Positions 51,258-61,932 of a stretch of DNA of 64,000 nt are shown here, piece by piece. The stretch is taken from the NCBI GenBank assembly GCA_963663185.1, contig OY760135.1, positions 530,044-594,043 of the forward strand, read 5' to 3'. The translations under genes were made by a program, and so were the position numbers. Origin of the DNA: Dehalococcoidia bacterium (GTDB lineage Bacteria > Chloroflexota > Dehalococcoidia > Bin125). Under the pieces are notes generated by a model, which worked only from the letters and a program-made list of their open reading frames with translations, was not told the origin of the DNA and did not search any database. Each line of letters starts with the position of its first letter. Within the stretch, counting starts at the first letter, position 1.

Positions 51258-51860
51258 TTATTCAGCCCACTGACCGTAGTTCTCGTGCCCAAGCGCATTG
51301 CCGTCTGGGTCGAGCAACGGATCGACTGCTGGCAACGTCTGGAGCCAGGCCCAGATGTCGGCGACTGCTTCGACTGGCACATCGTCCGGATCCTGCTCAA
51401 GCATGACGCCGCGCGGCTGTCGGTACTGGGAGATCACTTCCTGGATCGTGAGTCCAGTGCGGGCGATGGTGGGTCCAACGATGCCTTCGCCGGTCTCTCC
51501 ATGACAGACCTGACAGCCATTGGCCACGTAGAGTTCGGCGCCGCGAGTGGGATTCGCCTCAGCGCGCACCGCCTCTTCGTCAATGACTTCAATCGGCAGC
51601 GGCTCCGCCTCTGCGCAGGTCTCCGGCGGTCGTTCGGTCAGCGAGAGCGAGGGATGGTCTTCCTTGCCGTCCTCAATGCAGAACAAACCGGTTTCCCAGC
51701 CTTCGGCGCCGGCAATCTCCGACAGCGCCGCCGCTTCAACGACGTTGCGGTCCGCACCCTTATGGATCGCGAAACCGACCAACGTGAAGACGCCCGCCGC
51801 CAGCAGGGCGAACACCATGATAATTCCGAACGACTGCGGGATTCCACTGCGAGTCGGCAT
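51258..51860 (-). CDS. Membrane-anchored monoheme cytochrome c
   Basis: N-terminal TM helix, GAELY..NGCQVCHG..GEG.VGP, distal Met (PRGVM). Confidence 0.88.
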   Translation of the reverse strand: MPTRSGIPQSFGIIMVFALLAAGVFTLVGFAIHKGADRNVVEAAALSEIAGAEGWETGLFCIEDGKEDHPSLSLTERPPETCAEAEPLPIEVIDEEAVRAEANPTRGAELYVANGCQVCHGETGEGIVGPTIARTGLTIQEVISQYRQPRGVMLEQDPDDVPVEAVADIWAWLQTLPAVDPLLDPDGNALGHENYGQWAE

Positions 51861-51955
51861 CGGCCTCTATTTCATTTCTCGCTGCGCCTCACGTCAGCAA
51901 TTATCGTACCCCAGCCGCGTATTAGGCGGAAATCTGACCGTTCGGGCTGGAGCGC

Positions 51956-52843
51956 TCAGCTGGACGGAGATGATGGCCGCGTCTTTGCGGCACCGTAATC
52001 CTGGAACGGGCCGTCGCGCCAGTCAAGAGCGGCCTTGAGCCCCTTTTCGCGCGCGATCCGCCCGAAGTCACCCGCCGATTTACGGAAGGTCGACAGCGCC
52101 TGCATGTCCGCTCCGACCTGCAACGCCGTGCGAAAGCCCATCACCTCGTAGGCGCGATTCAGGCCGCGTTTCGAGACCATCACCATGTCCGGCTCGATGT
52201 TGGCGATCCGTTCGCCGAATCGTTCCGTCTCTTCCGCCAACTGATCGACCGGGAAGGCGCGATTCGCCCAACCGAGCTCGACCGCTTCCTTACCCGTCAC
52301 CGAGTCGCCGGTGTAGAGCAGCTCGCGCGCCTTGCGCATGCCCATGTGCCAGGGGTGATAGAGGACATCCACCGTCGTCATCGCGCGCACCGGCGGATAG
52401 CCGATCACGGCGTCCTCGGCGACAAACATCAGGTCGCACATTGACGCCAGCTCGGAGCCGCCTGCCAGGCAGTAACCATGCACCTGCGCGATCACGGGCT
52501 TCGCCAATTCCCAGATCTGCCAGTAGCCCGACAGCAAGTGCTGCGGCCACTGACCCTGACCAGGATGGATCGGTCCGACCGACGGCAACCCGGAGCGATA
52601 GTCCAGGTAGTCCGAGTCTGACAGGTTCTGGACCGGCGTGATGTCGTAGCCAGCAGAGAACGTGCGCCCGGCGCCGCGAATGATCACCGCATGGACGGCG
52701 TCATCGGCCTCCGCCACCTTGAGCGCGTCAAACAGCTCCGCCCGCAGGCGATGGCTGAGCGCGTTCATCTTCTCTGGCCGATTCAGCGTCAAAATCGCCA
52801 GTCGACCCTTGTTCTCGTACAGGATGTCTTCGTACTCAGGCAC
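51956..52843 (-). CDS. Enoyl-CoA hydratase family protein
   Basis: LNRPEKMNAL, FSAGYD, KPVIAQVHGYCLAGGSEL. Confidence 0.92.
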   Translation of the reverse strand: MPEYEDILYENKGRLAILTLNRPEKMNALSHRLRAELFDALKVAEADDAVHAVIIRGAGRTFSAGYDITPVQNLSDSDYLDYRSGLPSVGPIHPGQGQWPQHLLSGYWQIWELAKPVIAQVHGYCLAGGSELASMCDLMFVAEDAVIGYPPVRAMTTVDVLYHPWHMGMRKARELLYTGDSVTGKEAVELGWANRAFPVDQLAEETERFGERIANIEPDMVMVSKRGLNRAYEVMGFRTALQVGADMQALSTFRKSAGDFGRIAREKGLKAALDWRDGPFQDYGAAKTRPSSPSS

Positions 52844-52885
52844 GGGATGCTCCTTCTCTGCTGCGAGCAGGTTATCCGACGCAGG

Positions 52886-53878
52886 CTATTGCGTGGAACG
52901 ACGCGCCGACTCAATCGCGCGACGAATCTGCGATAGCGGCGCCGCGCCGCGCACGACCCCGCGGTAGACGCCGTCCGAATCGATCAAGAACATCTCAGGC
53001 AAACCGTCCACGCGATAGTGCCGCGCGACCTCGCCGCTGCTGTCGGCCAGATGGAGCAGGTCGTAGTTGACCTCTTCCAGCAACCGCTCGGCGGCGCTGA
53101 GCTGATGCTGGTACACATTGATCCCGACGACATTGATCCCGTCCTCCAGAGCTATCCGCCCGAGCGCGTTCAGCGTGTCTGCGGCCAACGGCGCCCAGGA
53201 CGACCAGAAGACCAACAGTGTCACCCCCCGGTTACTTTCCTGGTGACTCGCTCGCGTTTCCGAGAGCGTCAGCATCCGCGTGTCGTCGCCCAGTACGGAC
53301 AGACGGAAATCCGGCGCCTCCTCACCGCGCTCCAGGCGTGGCGTGTTGCGCTCCAGGCCGATCCCGGACCACAACTCCTCGCCGGTGCGCAGATTGAGTC
53401 GCAGCGGCAGGCTGAACTCCCACGCGCTCAACAGCGCGCCTTCCCAACTGAGCCGCCAATCGTCTTGCCTGATCCGCTGTTCATCTCCGTCCTCGCCGTG
53501 GCGCAAGACCAACTCGAACTCGATCCATTCTGAGAGCTTGCGCGCGCGAATCCAGGCGGTCAGATCAGCCGTGATTTGCATCTCGCTCGTGCGCATCCAG
53601 CTGCGCTCCCGCGCGGCTTCGTAGTCAAAGCGCCGTCGCTCCGGACAGTGCCGCCGCGCTGTCGATTCGTCCACCCGCACGTACAGGCACAGCGAGACGC
53701 GACCGGTCGCCGACTTCCACGTCATGACGCGAATGGTCCCCAGCTCCGCTGCGTCGGAGGCATTGGCCGATTCGTCCCGGTCGTTGGACCCATCGCTCTG
53801 CGCATCAAGCGCCACCGTGCCCAGCCACAGCACTGAGATCAGAGCCAGCAGGCTGACTGCCAAACGTACCGTTCGCAT
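52886..53878 (-). CDS. Exported TlpA/redoxin-fold protein lacking the CxxC motif
   Basis: Signal peptide; GEEAPDFRL, LLVFWSSWAPLA, VVGINV, YRVDGLPEMFLIDSDG. Confidence 0.75.
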   Translation of the reverse strand: MRTVRLAVSLLALISVLWLGTVALDAQSDGSNDRDESANASDAAELGTIRVMTWKSATGRVSLCLYVRVDESTARRHCPERRRFDYEAARERSWMRTSEMQITADLTAWIRARKLSEWIEFELVLRHGEDGDEQRIRQDDWRLSWEGALLSAWEFSLPLRLNLRTGEELWSGIGLERNTPRLERGEEAPDFRLSVLGDDTRMLTLSETRASHQESNRGVTLLVFWSSWAPLAADTLNALGRIALEDGINVVGINVYQHQLSAAERLLEEVNYDLLHLADSSGEVARHYRVDGLPEMFLIDSDGVYRGVVRGAAPLSQIRRAIESARRSTQ

Positions 53879-54411
53879 TACGACTCCATCATCGAAAAGT
53901 TGTGATTACCGAGAAACGCTCCCGCGCCGGCGACCGCCAGCGTCGCCAACAGTCCCAGCACCGAGAGCGCGATCGTGATTTGCCGTACGCGACGCAACTC
54001 GGCTGAGTCCTCCTCCGCCGTTGCGGACTCACGCGCCAACTGCAGCTGACGCGGACCGAACACGAACTGATGCAATCCGATCAGCGCGATCATCGCTGCC
54101 CAGAGCCCCATCTTGACCACGAAGATGTAACCCCAACGCGCGTCGTAGATGTCGGGGCCGAAGTTCTCCGCCTGATCGAGGCGCGGATCGACCATCAGCC
54201 CGCCCGTGATCACGATGATCACCATGGCCGCAATGCCCACGCGTCCGAAGCGCTGCGTAAAGCCCTCCAACGCCGTCAGCCAGAGCGTACGGTCGCCCAC
54301 GGCCCGCAAGGCCGGAATGACGCAGGCGGCGGTCACGATCTGTCCGCCCAACCACACCGCGACGCCGATCACATGCAGCGTCACCAGAATCGAGATCACC
54401 GTTTCCGACAT
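53878..54411 (-). CDS. CopD-like membrane protein
   Basis: LHVIGVAVWLGG, ITGG, VKMGL...LH; 4 TM. Confidence 0.7.
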   Translation of the reverse strand: MSETVISILVTLHVIGVAVWLGGQIVTAACVIPALRAVGDRTLWLTALEGFTQRFGRVGIAAMVIIVITGGLMVDPRLDQAENFGPDIYDARWGYIFVVKMGLWAAMIALIGLHQFVFGPRQLQLARESATAEEDSAELRRVRQITIALSVLGLLATLAVAGAGAFLGNHNFSMMES

Positions 54412-54443
54412 CGTCAGACTCCGCTGTTCCGCTTCGTATGCCG

Positions 54444-55784
<1,341 letters not shown>

Positions 55785-55899
55785 TCAAGACCGTGATGAG
55801 GAAAGCCACCGCAGTCCTCAAACACGTTACCACGCTCTCGCTCCCGATTCGCTGTCCGCCGACGCCAGGCGCGGCGCGTTCACGCGTTAACCTGCCAAT

Positions 55900-56466
55900 A
55901 TGCCTGCCGACGCCGACGCTGATCCGCCGCTGCCTCCCGCCCCGTCCGAGACCATCATTGAGCGCAAAGTGGCCTTGGACGGCCGCACGCTCGAGTTTCC
56001 GCTCGAACGCTGGCTCGCCACGCCGCAGTTGGTCGTCGGACGCTGGGTCGCTGACCAGGATCCACGCGCCACCAGTCGCTATCCGCGCGCCGCCGGCTAC
56101 ACGAGCTGGGGCGTCTGGTGGCCGCAGCTCCCCTACAGCGCCTACCGACTTCATCGCCCCGACGGCTCGCTGCGTGTCTACCGACTGGACACGATCGACC
56201 GTGTCCTCTTTGACGTTCATGACGACCATTCGGTCGAATTCCATGACCTGCTGCTCGACGCGCTGATCCGTCCTGACGGCTCCGTCACCATCGAGGACGA
56301 GGACGAGGTCGCCGAGGCGCTGGCAGCGGGACAGTTGAGCCGCGAACAGCGCTGGCGAATCGACTGGACGCGCAGCCTCTACCAGACCAAACCCGACCTG
56401 CTGATCGATCGAATCGACGCCGCGATCGAACAGGCGGTTCGCGCGGTCAGGAACGGCGGATCCTGA
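55900..56466 (+). CDS. DUF402 family protein
   Basis: DLLLD.LI.PDG....EDEDE acidic motif. Confidence 0.7.
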   Translation: MPADADADPPLPPAPSETIIERKVALDGRTLEFPLERWLATPQLVVGRWVADQDPRATSRYPRAAGYTSWGVWWPQLPYSAYRLHRPDGSLRVYRLDTIDRVLFDVHDDHSVEFHDLLLDALIRPDGSVTIEDEDEVAEALAAGQLSREQRWRIDWTRSLYQTKPDLLIDRIDAAIEQAVRAVRNGGS

Positions 56467-56467
56467 G

Positions 56468-57298
56468 ATGGCCAAACCCTTCCTCAAATGGGCCGGCGGC
56501 AAGACCGCGCTACTCCCACAATTGTTAGAGGCCGCGCCAGCGCAGATCGACACGTACTACGAGCCCTTCCTCGGCGGCGGCGCGCTCTTCTTCGCGCTTC
56601 AGTCGGAGGGTCGGTTCCAGCACGCCGTCCTCTCGGACTCCAATCTGCAATTGATCAATGCCTACACGCAGGTCCGCGACTATGTCGACGACCTGATCTA
56701 CGCGCTATCAGTGCATCAACGCAAGTACCGCAGCGCGACAGACCGCGCCGAACACTACTATACGATCCGCGGCAAGCGGATCACCTGTGATCTCGGCGGC
56801 GCCGCCAACCTCATCTTCCTTAACAAGACTTGCTATAATGGGCTCTACCGAGTCAACAGTCGTGGGCAGTTCAATGTCCCGCATGGCCGCTACAAGAACC
56901 CAACCATTTGCGATGAGGACCACCTGCGCGCGGCATCGTCCGCGTTGCAGGGCGTCGAGCTTCGCGTGGCCGATTTCGCTGCCGCCCCCGCCGGCGCCGG
57001 CCCGGGCGACTTCGTCTATTTCGACCCGCCCTACATCCCGCTGAGTGAGACATCCAACTTCACGTCATACACCACGAAGGAGTTCGACTCAGCTGAACAG
57101 AGACGCTTGGCCGAGATCGCCGCAACCCTAACCGGTCAGGGGTCACAGGTGACACTGTCAAACTCAGGACATCCGGATGTGGCGTCCCTGTACATGTCGG
57201 AACTGTTCAAACTCAATGAGGTGGAAGTCAGGCGAGCCATTAACTCAGTCGCCAAAGGCCGTGGGCCAGTTCGCGAATACCTCATTCAATCGACGTAA
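56468..57298 (+). CDS. Dam-family (D12 class) N6-adenine DNA methyltransferase
   Basis: FLKWAGGK, EPFLGGGA, LNKTCYNGLYRVN..GQFNVP, DPPY. Confidence 0.94.
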   Translation: MAKPFLKWAGGKTALLPQLLEAAPAQIDTYYEPFLGGGALFFALQSEGRFQHAVLSDSNLQLINAYTQVRDYVDDLIYALSVHQRKYRSATDRAEHYYTIRGKRITCDLGGAANLIFLNKTCYNGLYRVNSRGQFNVPHGRYKNPTICDEDHLRAASSALQGVELRVADFAAAPAGAGPGDFVYFDPPYIPLSETSNFTSYTTKEFDSAEQRRLAEIAATLTGQGSQVTLSNSGHPDVASLYMSELFKLNEVEVRRAINSVAKGRGPVREYLIQST

Positions 57299-57726
57299 TC
57301 GGACGAGTCCCCATTCAGGATCATTTCTGCCTGACGCGCCCGCTCTCGCGGCAGACGAAAGTAGAAGCGCAACCACTCTGCGAGTCGATTGAACTCCACG
57401 ATCCGTCCCCGACCCTTCAAGAACGGCCGCAAATCGCGGGAGAATCCCTCACCGTGCAGCACGACGATGCCGCGAATCGGCCAATCCTCCATGTCTTCCA
57501 CTGTGAGCGGAATCTTTTCCTCAACGGTTCCTTTGGAGCGTTGATACTTGCACTCGATTCCGAGCATGCGCTCTGTGTCCGGTTTGCTGAGCACAACATC
57601 CACGTGGCGTCGCGTTCCCCAAATCCGGTCGCCCATGACGACCTGCGTTTCGACTTCCAGGCCGAGCGCCGCGCCGACCTTTGCCACTGCTTGCTCAAGC
57701 TCGGATCCTGATTTGATCTCCATCAT
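57286..57726 (-). CDS. Small PD-(D/E)XK nuclease, putative restriction endonuclease
   Basis: SG.ELE...RHVDVV...GIECKYQ...GTVEEK; convergent with the MTase. Confidence 0.75.
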   Translation of the reverse strand: MMEIKSGSELEQAVAKVGAALGLEVETQVVMGDRIWGTRRHVDVVLSKPDTERMLGIECKYQRSKGTVEEKIPLTVEDMEDWPIRGIVVLHGEGFSRDLRPFLKGRGRIVEFNRLAEWLRFYFRLPRERARQAEMILNGDSSDYVD

Positions 57727-57736
57727 GTCTCAAATC

Positions 57737-58201
57737 CTACTCCGGACGCTTCGGGATCATCACTGCGCGATAAAATGATAGCACTTCTGTACCAGTCTGG
57801 TTTGCGGCCGTCGTGTGTACCGTCACAATCCCTCGGTCCGGCTGACTCTTGCTCTCCCGCACCTCCAGCACTTCCGTCGTCGCCTGCAACGTGTCGCCGT
57901 GGAAGACCGGAGCGGTGTGACGCAGCTCCGTCGTCGCCAGATTCGCGATCGCCTTGCCCGACACCGTCGGCACCGTCATCCCGAAGACGAGTGAATATAC
58001 AAGCGGACCAGAGACCACGCGCTGTCCGAACTGCGTGTCCTCGGCGTATTGTTTGTTCGTATGCAGCGGATGATGATTCATCGTCAGCATGCAGAACATC
58101 AAGTCATCAGCTTCGGTCACCGTGCGCGAGGGCCAGTGCTCAATCACTTCGCCCACTTCAAACTCCTCCAGGTAACGTCCGAACAGTTCCTTGGTCGGCA
58201 T
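57737..58201 (-). CDS. MaoC family dehydratase
   Basis: YLEEFEVG, RTVTEAD, NHHPLH, PVFHGDT. Confidence 0.92.
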   Translation of the reverse strand: MPTKELFGRYLEEFEVGEVIEHWPSRTVTEADDLMFCMLTMNHHPLHTNKQYAEDTQFGQRVVSGPLVYSLVFGMTVPTVSGKAIANLATTELRHTAPVFHGDTLQATTEVLEVRESKSQPDRGIVTVHTTAANQTGTEVLSFYRAVMIPKRPE

Positions 58202-58290
58202 CAGTACTCTCCTCGTGCGCTTCGTGCGCTTCGTGTGACTCGTGTGTCTGGTCGCCTGGCGTCCTTGCGCAAGGACCGGCAATGGTTCGA

Positions 58291-59478
58291 TCAGTCGACC
58301 TGGTACAGCTCCAACAGCCGACGCGCGATCACGATCCGTTGGATCTCGTTCGTCCCCTCGGCGACCGCCATCAGCGGCGCGTCGCGGTAGAAGCGCTCGA
58401 CCGGCAGCTCCTTCGTATAGCCGACGCCGCCGTGCACGCGCATCGACTCCAGCGAGCATTCCAGCGCCACCTCGGTCGCGAACAGCTTCGCCATCCCCAC
58501 GTCGAGGTCGGAGCGTTGGCCAGAGTCCTTCTTGCGAGCCGCGTCGCGGGTCAGCAGACGCGCCGCCCGAATCTTGGTCGCCATCTCGGCCAGCTTCAGC
58601 TGAATCGCCTGATGTTGCGCAATCGGCCGACCCATTGTCTCCCGCTGCTGCGCATAGACGATCGCTGCATCAAACGCCGCCTGAGCAACGCCCGTGGCGC
58701 GCGATGCTACGTTGATCCGCCCGATCTCCAACCCTGAGATCATCTGTTGAAAGCCGCGTCCCTCTCGTCCGCCGAGCAGATTGTCCATCGGCACACGGGC
58801 ATCCTCAAGGAATAACTCCGCCGTCTCAGGACCCTTGTAGCCCAGCTTGTCGATCGTCCGCGCCATCGAAAATCCCGGCGTCCCCTTCTCGACCAGGAAG
58901 GCCGAGATGCCGCGATGTCTCGGCTGCGCCGATGAGTCAGTCTTGGTCATCGCCAGGTAGACGTCGCCGCGGTCGCCATTCGTCACGAACAGCTTGTTGC
59001 CGTTGAGGATGTAGTCATCGCCGTCGCGCGATGCCGTCGTCCGAATCGCCTGCGCGTCGGAGCCCGCGTTGGGCTCGGTGATCGTGAAGCAGCCTTGCGA
59101 CTCACCGCTCGCGAGACCTGGCAGGAACCGATCCTTCTGCTCCTGCGTGCCATGCTCATCGATGATCCAGCCGTCAATCACGTTGGTATTGATGATCCCC
59201 GCGAGCCCCATCCAGCCGCGCGCGATCTCTTCGATCACCGCCGAGTACGTCTCAAACGACAGCCCCAACCCGCCGTGCGACTCTGGAAACGTGATCCCGA
59301 AGATGCCCATCTCGCACATGTCGGCGTGGATCTTGGCCGGGAACTCGCCTGAGTGCTCCAGCTCGGTCGCATAGGGGATCACCTGCTCATCAACCCAGCG
59401 CCGCACATTGCGCGTGATCTCCACGCCGGCCTCGCCGTCTCCCGCGATGATCTCTCGCACATCGGACACACTGGCCAT
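58291..59478 (-). CDS. Acyl-CoA dehydrogenase
   Basis: TEPNAGSD, NGNKLFVTNG, GRINVA, HGGVGY, EGTNEIQR. Confidence 0.95.
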   Translation of the reverse strand: MASVSDVREIIAGDGEAGVEITRNVRRWVDEQVIPYATELEHSGEFPAKIHADMCEMGIFGITFPESHGGLGLSFETYSAVIEEIARGWMGLAGIINTNVIDGWIIDEHGTQEQKDRFLPGLASGESQGCFTITEPNAGSDAQAIRTTASRDGDDYILNGNKLFVTNGDRGDVYLAMTKTDSSAQPRHRGISAFLVEKGTPGFSMARTIDKLGYKGPETAELFLEDARVPMDNLLGGREGRGFQQMISGLEIGRINVASRATGVAQAAFDAAIVYAQQRETMGRPIAQHQAIQLKLAEMATKIRAARLLTRDAARKKDSGQRSDLDVGMAKLFATEVALECSLESMRVHGGVGYTKELPVERFYRDAPLMAVAEGTNEIQRIVIARRLLELYQVD

Positions 59479-59530
59479 GACTCTGCTCCTCGCAAATGCG
59501 CTCACGGTCAGTGTAGGCCCGCGTTCCAGT

Positions 59531-59564
59531 TCCCTCTCCTTCTGGGAGAGGGGTAGGGTGAGGG
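59531..59564. repeat. REP-like element (CCCTCTCC-N5-GGAGAGGG-GTAGGGTGAGGG)
   Basis: Hairpin plus GGGTGAGGG tail, a widespread intergenic REP-like form; sits at the edge of the accessory block. Confidence 0.7.
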
Positions 59565-59586
59565 CTCTCCATCGTCTCGCGCCGAG

Positions 59587-59865
59587 TCACAGCGTCCAAG
59601 CAACCGCCAGCAGAATCGCGCAGAACACGCCCCATGAGACGCCCAGCACCGCCAACGCAACTCGTCCACGCGTTGGCGAGAGCCATGCGCCCAGCAGGAA
59701 CAGCGGCACTGCCCCAATCCCGATGAACACCCCGATGCTGACAATCGACGCGACCGACATCACCAGCGCAAGCGTCGCCAAGGCGGACACCGCAAAGGCC
59801 ACGCGTTCCTTCTTGCTTGGTCGGCGGACTGCCACCGCCTTCCGGTCGACTCGAGGAAGAGCCAT
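59587..59865 (-). CDS. Small ~3-TM membrane protein (array member)
   Basis: 92 aa; GAWLSPTRGRVALAV loop motif; GAGGG RBS. Confidence 0.65.
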   Translation of the reverse strand: MALPRVDRKAVAVRRPSKKERVAFAVSALATLALVMSVASIVSIGVFIGIGAVPLFLLGAWLSPTRGRVALAVLGVSWGVFCAILLAVAWTL

Positions 59866-59897
59866 CGCTAGACCCTCTCGTCTTTCGCCAACACTAC

Positions 59898-60125
59898 TCA
59901 CCAGCTCAAGGCCATGTAGAGCCAGCCGCAACCCATTGCCATCCCGACTGCGAACGGCGCCATTCTCGGCCAAGTATGGTCTAGCAGGATCCCAATGATC
60001 ATCAACGGGGCGGCGACGGCGGCAATCAGTCCCCCAGTGAGTCCCAGACCAACGAATAGAAAAAAGGAACACAACATCCCCAGCAGGCCGAGATCGAGCA
60101 GTGCTGCTCCTATGACTGTTCGCAT
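59898..60125 (-). CDS. Small ~3-TM membrane protein (array member, close paralogue of 60758-60988)
   Basis: 75 aa; AAGGAGG RBS; GILLDHTWPRMAPFAVGMAMGCGWLYMAL. Confidence 0.75.
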   Translation of the reverse strand: MRTVIGAALLDLGLLGMLCSFFLFVGLGLTGGLIAAVAAPLMIIGILLDHTWPRMAPFAVGMAMGCGWLYMALSW

Positions 60126-60145
60126 GGATACCCTCCTTACCACTC

Positions 60146-60424
60146 TCAGTCCCAGAACCACTGGCCCAACCATGCGGGCCACCACATCAAGAATGTGAAT
60201 CCCGCCGCCAACCAGAACCGCCGGGTCGTCGGCTCCATCAAGAATCCGACGATGATCGCCACGTGCGCGGCGCCCAGCGCGCCAAAGAAGCCGCCAAGCC
60301 ACCAGCCAAACGGCGACGCGCCGAGCAAGCCCCCAATGACAATCAGGGAGTCCGGGTGCGTCATTCGCTTCAGCGTTCGACGCCTCTTACGGGGGCGATC
60401 GTCGAGCGGTGATGAGGGAAGCAT
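60146..60424 (-). CDS. Small ~3-TM membrane protein (array member)
   Basis: GFLMEPTTRRFWLAA loop motif; Trp-rich; start at 60424 or 60364. Confidence 0.6.
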   Translation of the reverse strand: MLPSSPLDDRPRKRRRTLKRMTHPDSLIVIGGLLGASPFGWWLGGFFGALGAAHVAIIVGFLMEPTTRRFWLAAGFTFLMWWPAWLGQWFWD

Positions 60425-60426
60425 CG

Positions 60427-60477
60427 TCAGGCCCAGATCAAATCACCAACCGGGGCGATATTGCTGGTCAATACCAT
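60427..60477 (-). pseudogene. Internally deleted array-member remnant (MVLTSNIAPVGDLIWA*)
   Basis: Strong GGGAG RBS; 3' end ttgatctgggcctga resembles ttgatcttggcctga of the 62162 fragment. Confidence 0.35.
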
Positions 60478-60496
60478 GCCGCTCCCTTTCCCCGCA

Positions 60497-60754
60497 TTAG
60501 CTCAGGATGAACCCGAGCGCCGTGAACCAGCAGCCCCAGCTTGCCAGTGCCAGCGCGATGCTGAATCGCGACGGATTCAGCATCGCGGCCAGCGAGAACG
60601 GCAAGGGAATGAATGCGCCGACGACGATTCCGATTCCGTATGCGGTCAACGCCGCGGCGGCGACTAGCAGCACGCCAGCCCAGTAGCAGACCTCTGCCCA
60701 GAGCTTACGGTTGACTCGAATGGCCGTCATGGAGGGATTCACGTTCTCACTCAC
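60497..60754 (-). CDS. Small ~3-TM membrane protein (array member)
   Basis: 85 aa; AAMLNPSRFSIALALASWGCWFTALGFILS. Confidence 0.65.
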   Translation of the reverse strand: MSENVNPSMTAIRVNRKLWAEVCYWAGVLLVAAAALTAYGIGIVVGAFIPLPFSLAAMLNPSRFSIALALASWGCWFTALGFILS

Positions 60755-60757
60755 TGC

Positions 60758-60988
60758 TCACAAGGTCAGGGCCATGTAGAGCCAACCGCATCCCATGGCC
60801 ATTCCAACCGCGAACACCACCATCCTCGCCCAGGTGTGGTCCAGCCAGATTCCGATGACCATCAGCGGAGCGGCAACTGCCGCAATAAGACCAGCCGTGA
60901 GTCCCAATCCGTAAATGAACAGATACGAAAACAGCATCATTATCAGACCGAGATCAAGCAGGATGATCCCGATAACTCCCTTTTCCAT
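60758..60988 (-). CDS. Small ~3-TM membrane protein (array member)
   Basis: 76 aa; GIWLDHTWARMVVFAVGMAMGCGWLYMAL. Confidence 0.75.
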   Translation of the reverse strand: MEKGVIGIILLDLGLIMMLFSYLFIYGLGLTAGLIAAVAAPLMVIGIWLDHTWARMVVFAVGMAMGCGWLYMALTL

Positions 60989-61016
60989 CTCGCACCCCAG
61001 TCCACTGGTTGAACAT

Positions 61017-61048
61017 GACAGCTCGGGCTTGATCAAGCCCGAGCTGTC
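61017..61048. repeat. Perfect 32-bp palindrome (hairpin/terminator or operator)
   Basis: GACAGCTCGGGCTTGA|TCAAGCCCGAGCTGTC, 13 nt downstream of the 61062 gene stop. Confidence 0.9.
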
Positions 61049-61061
61049 GACTTACCTGGCT

Positions 61062-61895
61062 TTAGTGCTTGAGGCAATCGTGTGTGTAGTTGAATCCGGC
61101 TATGCCGCCTGAGAAGTCGACACGGCCATAGCAACTGTAACCACCGCCTGCCCGTCCGGTGGCATTGGCCTTCGATACCGCCGTCGCATCAGGCAAGGGC
61201 CCGCAATCGGCGTACCATGTGGAGAAGTGCTCGCCGAAGAAGCGGGCCGAACCCATCGAGGTGCGCTCGGATTCGGATGTCAGTTCCCAACCGCATCCGC
61301 CTTCCCAGTAGTCGGTCGTCAGATTTCCACTGAGAACGCGAGTGAGATCGTATGACCAGGTGATCCTCGCAGAGTGCCAGAACAGTTTGATGCCGGGCAG
61401 GGCGCCCTGTCCGTAGTGCCATGCAGTGGTCAACGACTCAACCGCTGTAAATCCGCTGGATGCCGTCAGAGATCCGGATCCAGAAGGATCAACGGTGATG
61501 GTTGATTCGACTGCTACGCCATCGCAAGTCCCAGATGCAGCGATCGCCACTGAGATATCTGAACCGGTCACGACCGGGGTGTAGCGGACCTGGCAATCGC
61601 TGTTTCCCTGAGTGGCCGGCGAGACTACGACGGTTACTTGGCAGGCGCTGTCTGAGGAAACGGACTTTCCGTTGACGCTGCTCGTGGTCACATCAAGCGT
61701 GCCGGAACTCATTCCTGCGCAAGCGGTGACGCTGCTGGTCTCTTCTCGAGGATCGACAGCCTGAGCGGTCCCGAAGCTCCCGAGGAACAAGACGACCGCC
61801 ACGAGCGCGGCGGCCGCCAGGCTGATTCCGGGGCTGATGATGCGTCTCTGCTGCGTCGCGTGCTTGTGGATGAGGGTGGCGTGTCGGAACGTCAT
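61062..61895 (-). CDS. Secreted 8-cysteine protein of unknown function
   Basis: GAGGAGG RBS; RR + hydrophobic signal ending AQA; S/T/V-rich N domain, aromatic C domain. Confidence 0.8.
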   Translation of the reverse strand: MTFRHATLIHKHATQQRRIISPGISLAAAALVAVVLFLGSFGTAQAVDPREETSSVTACAGMSSGTLDVTTSSVNGKSVSSDSACQVTVVVSPATQGNSDCQVRYTPVVTGSDISVAIAASGTCDGVAVESTITVDPSGSGSLTASSGFTAVESLTTAWHYGQGALPGIKLFWHSARITWSYDLTRVLSGNLTTDYWEGGCGWELTSESERTSMGSARFFGEHFSTWYADCGPLPDATAVSKANATGRAGGGYSCYGRVDFSGGIAGFNYTHDCLKH

Positions 61896-61932
61896 GACGT
61901 TCCTCCTCTCTGTTGCCTCCTCAGTCCTGCCG

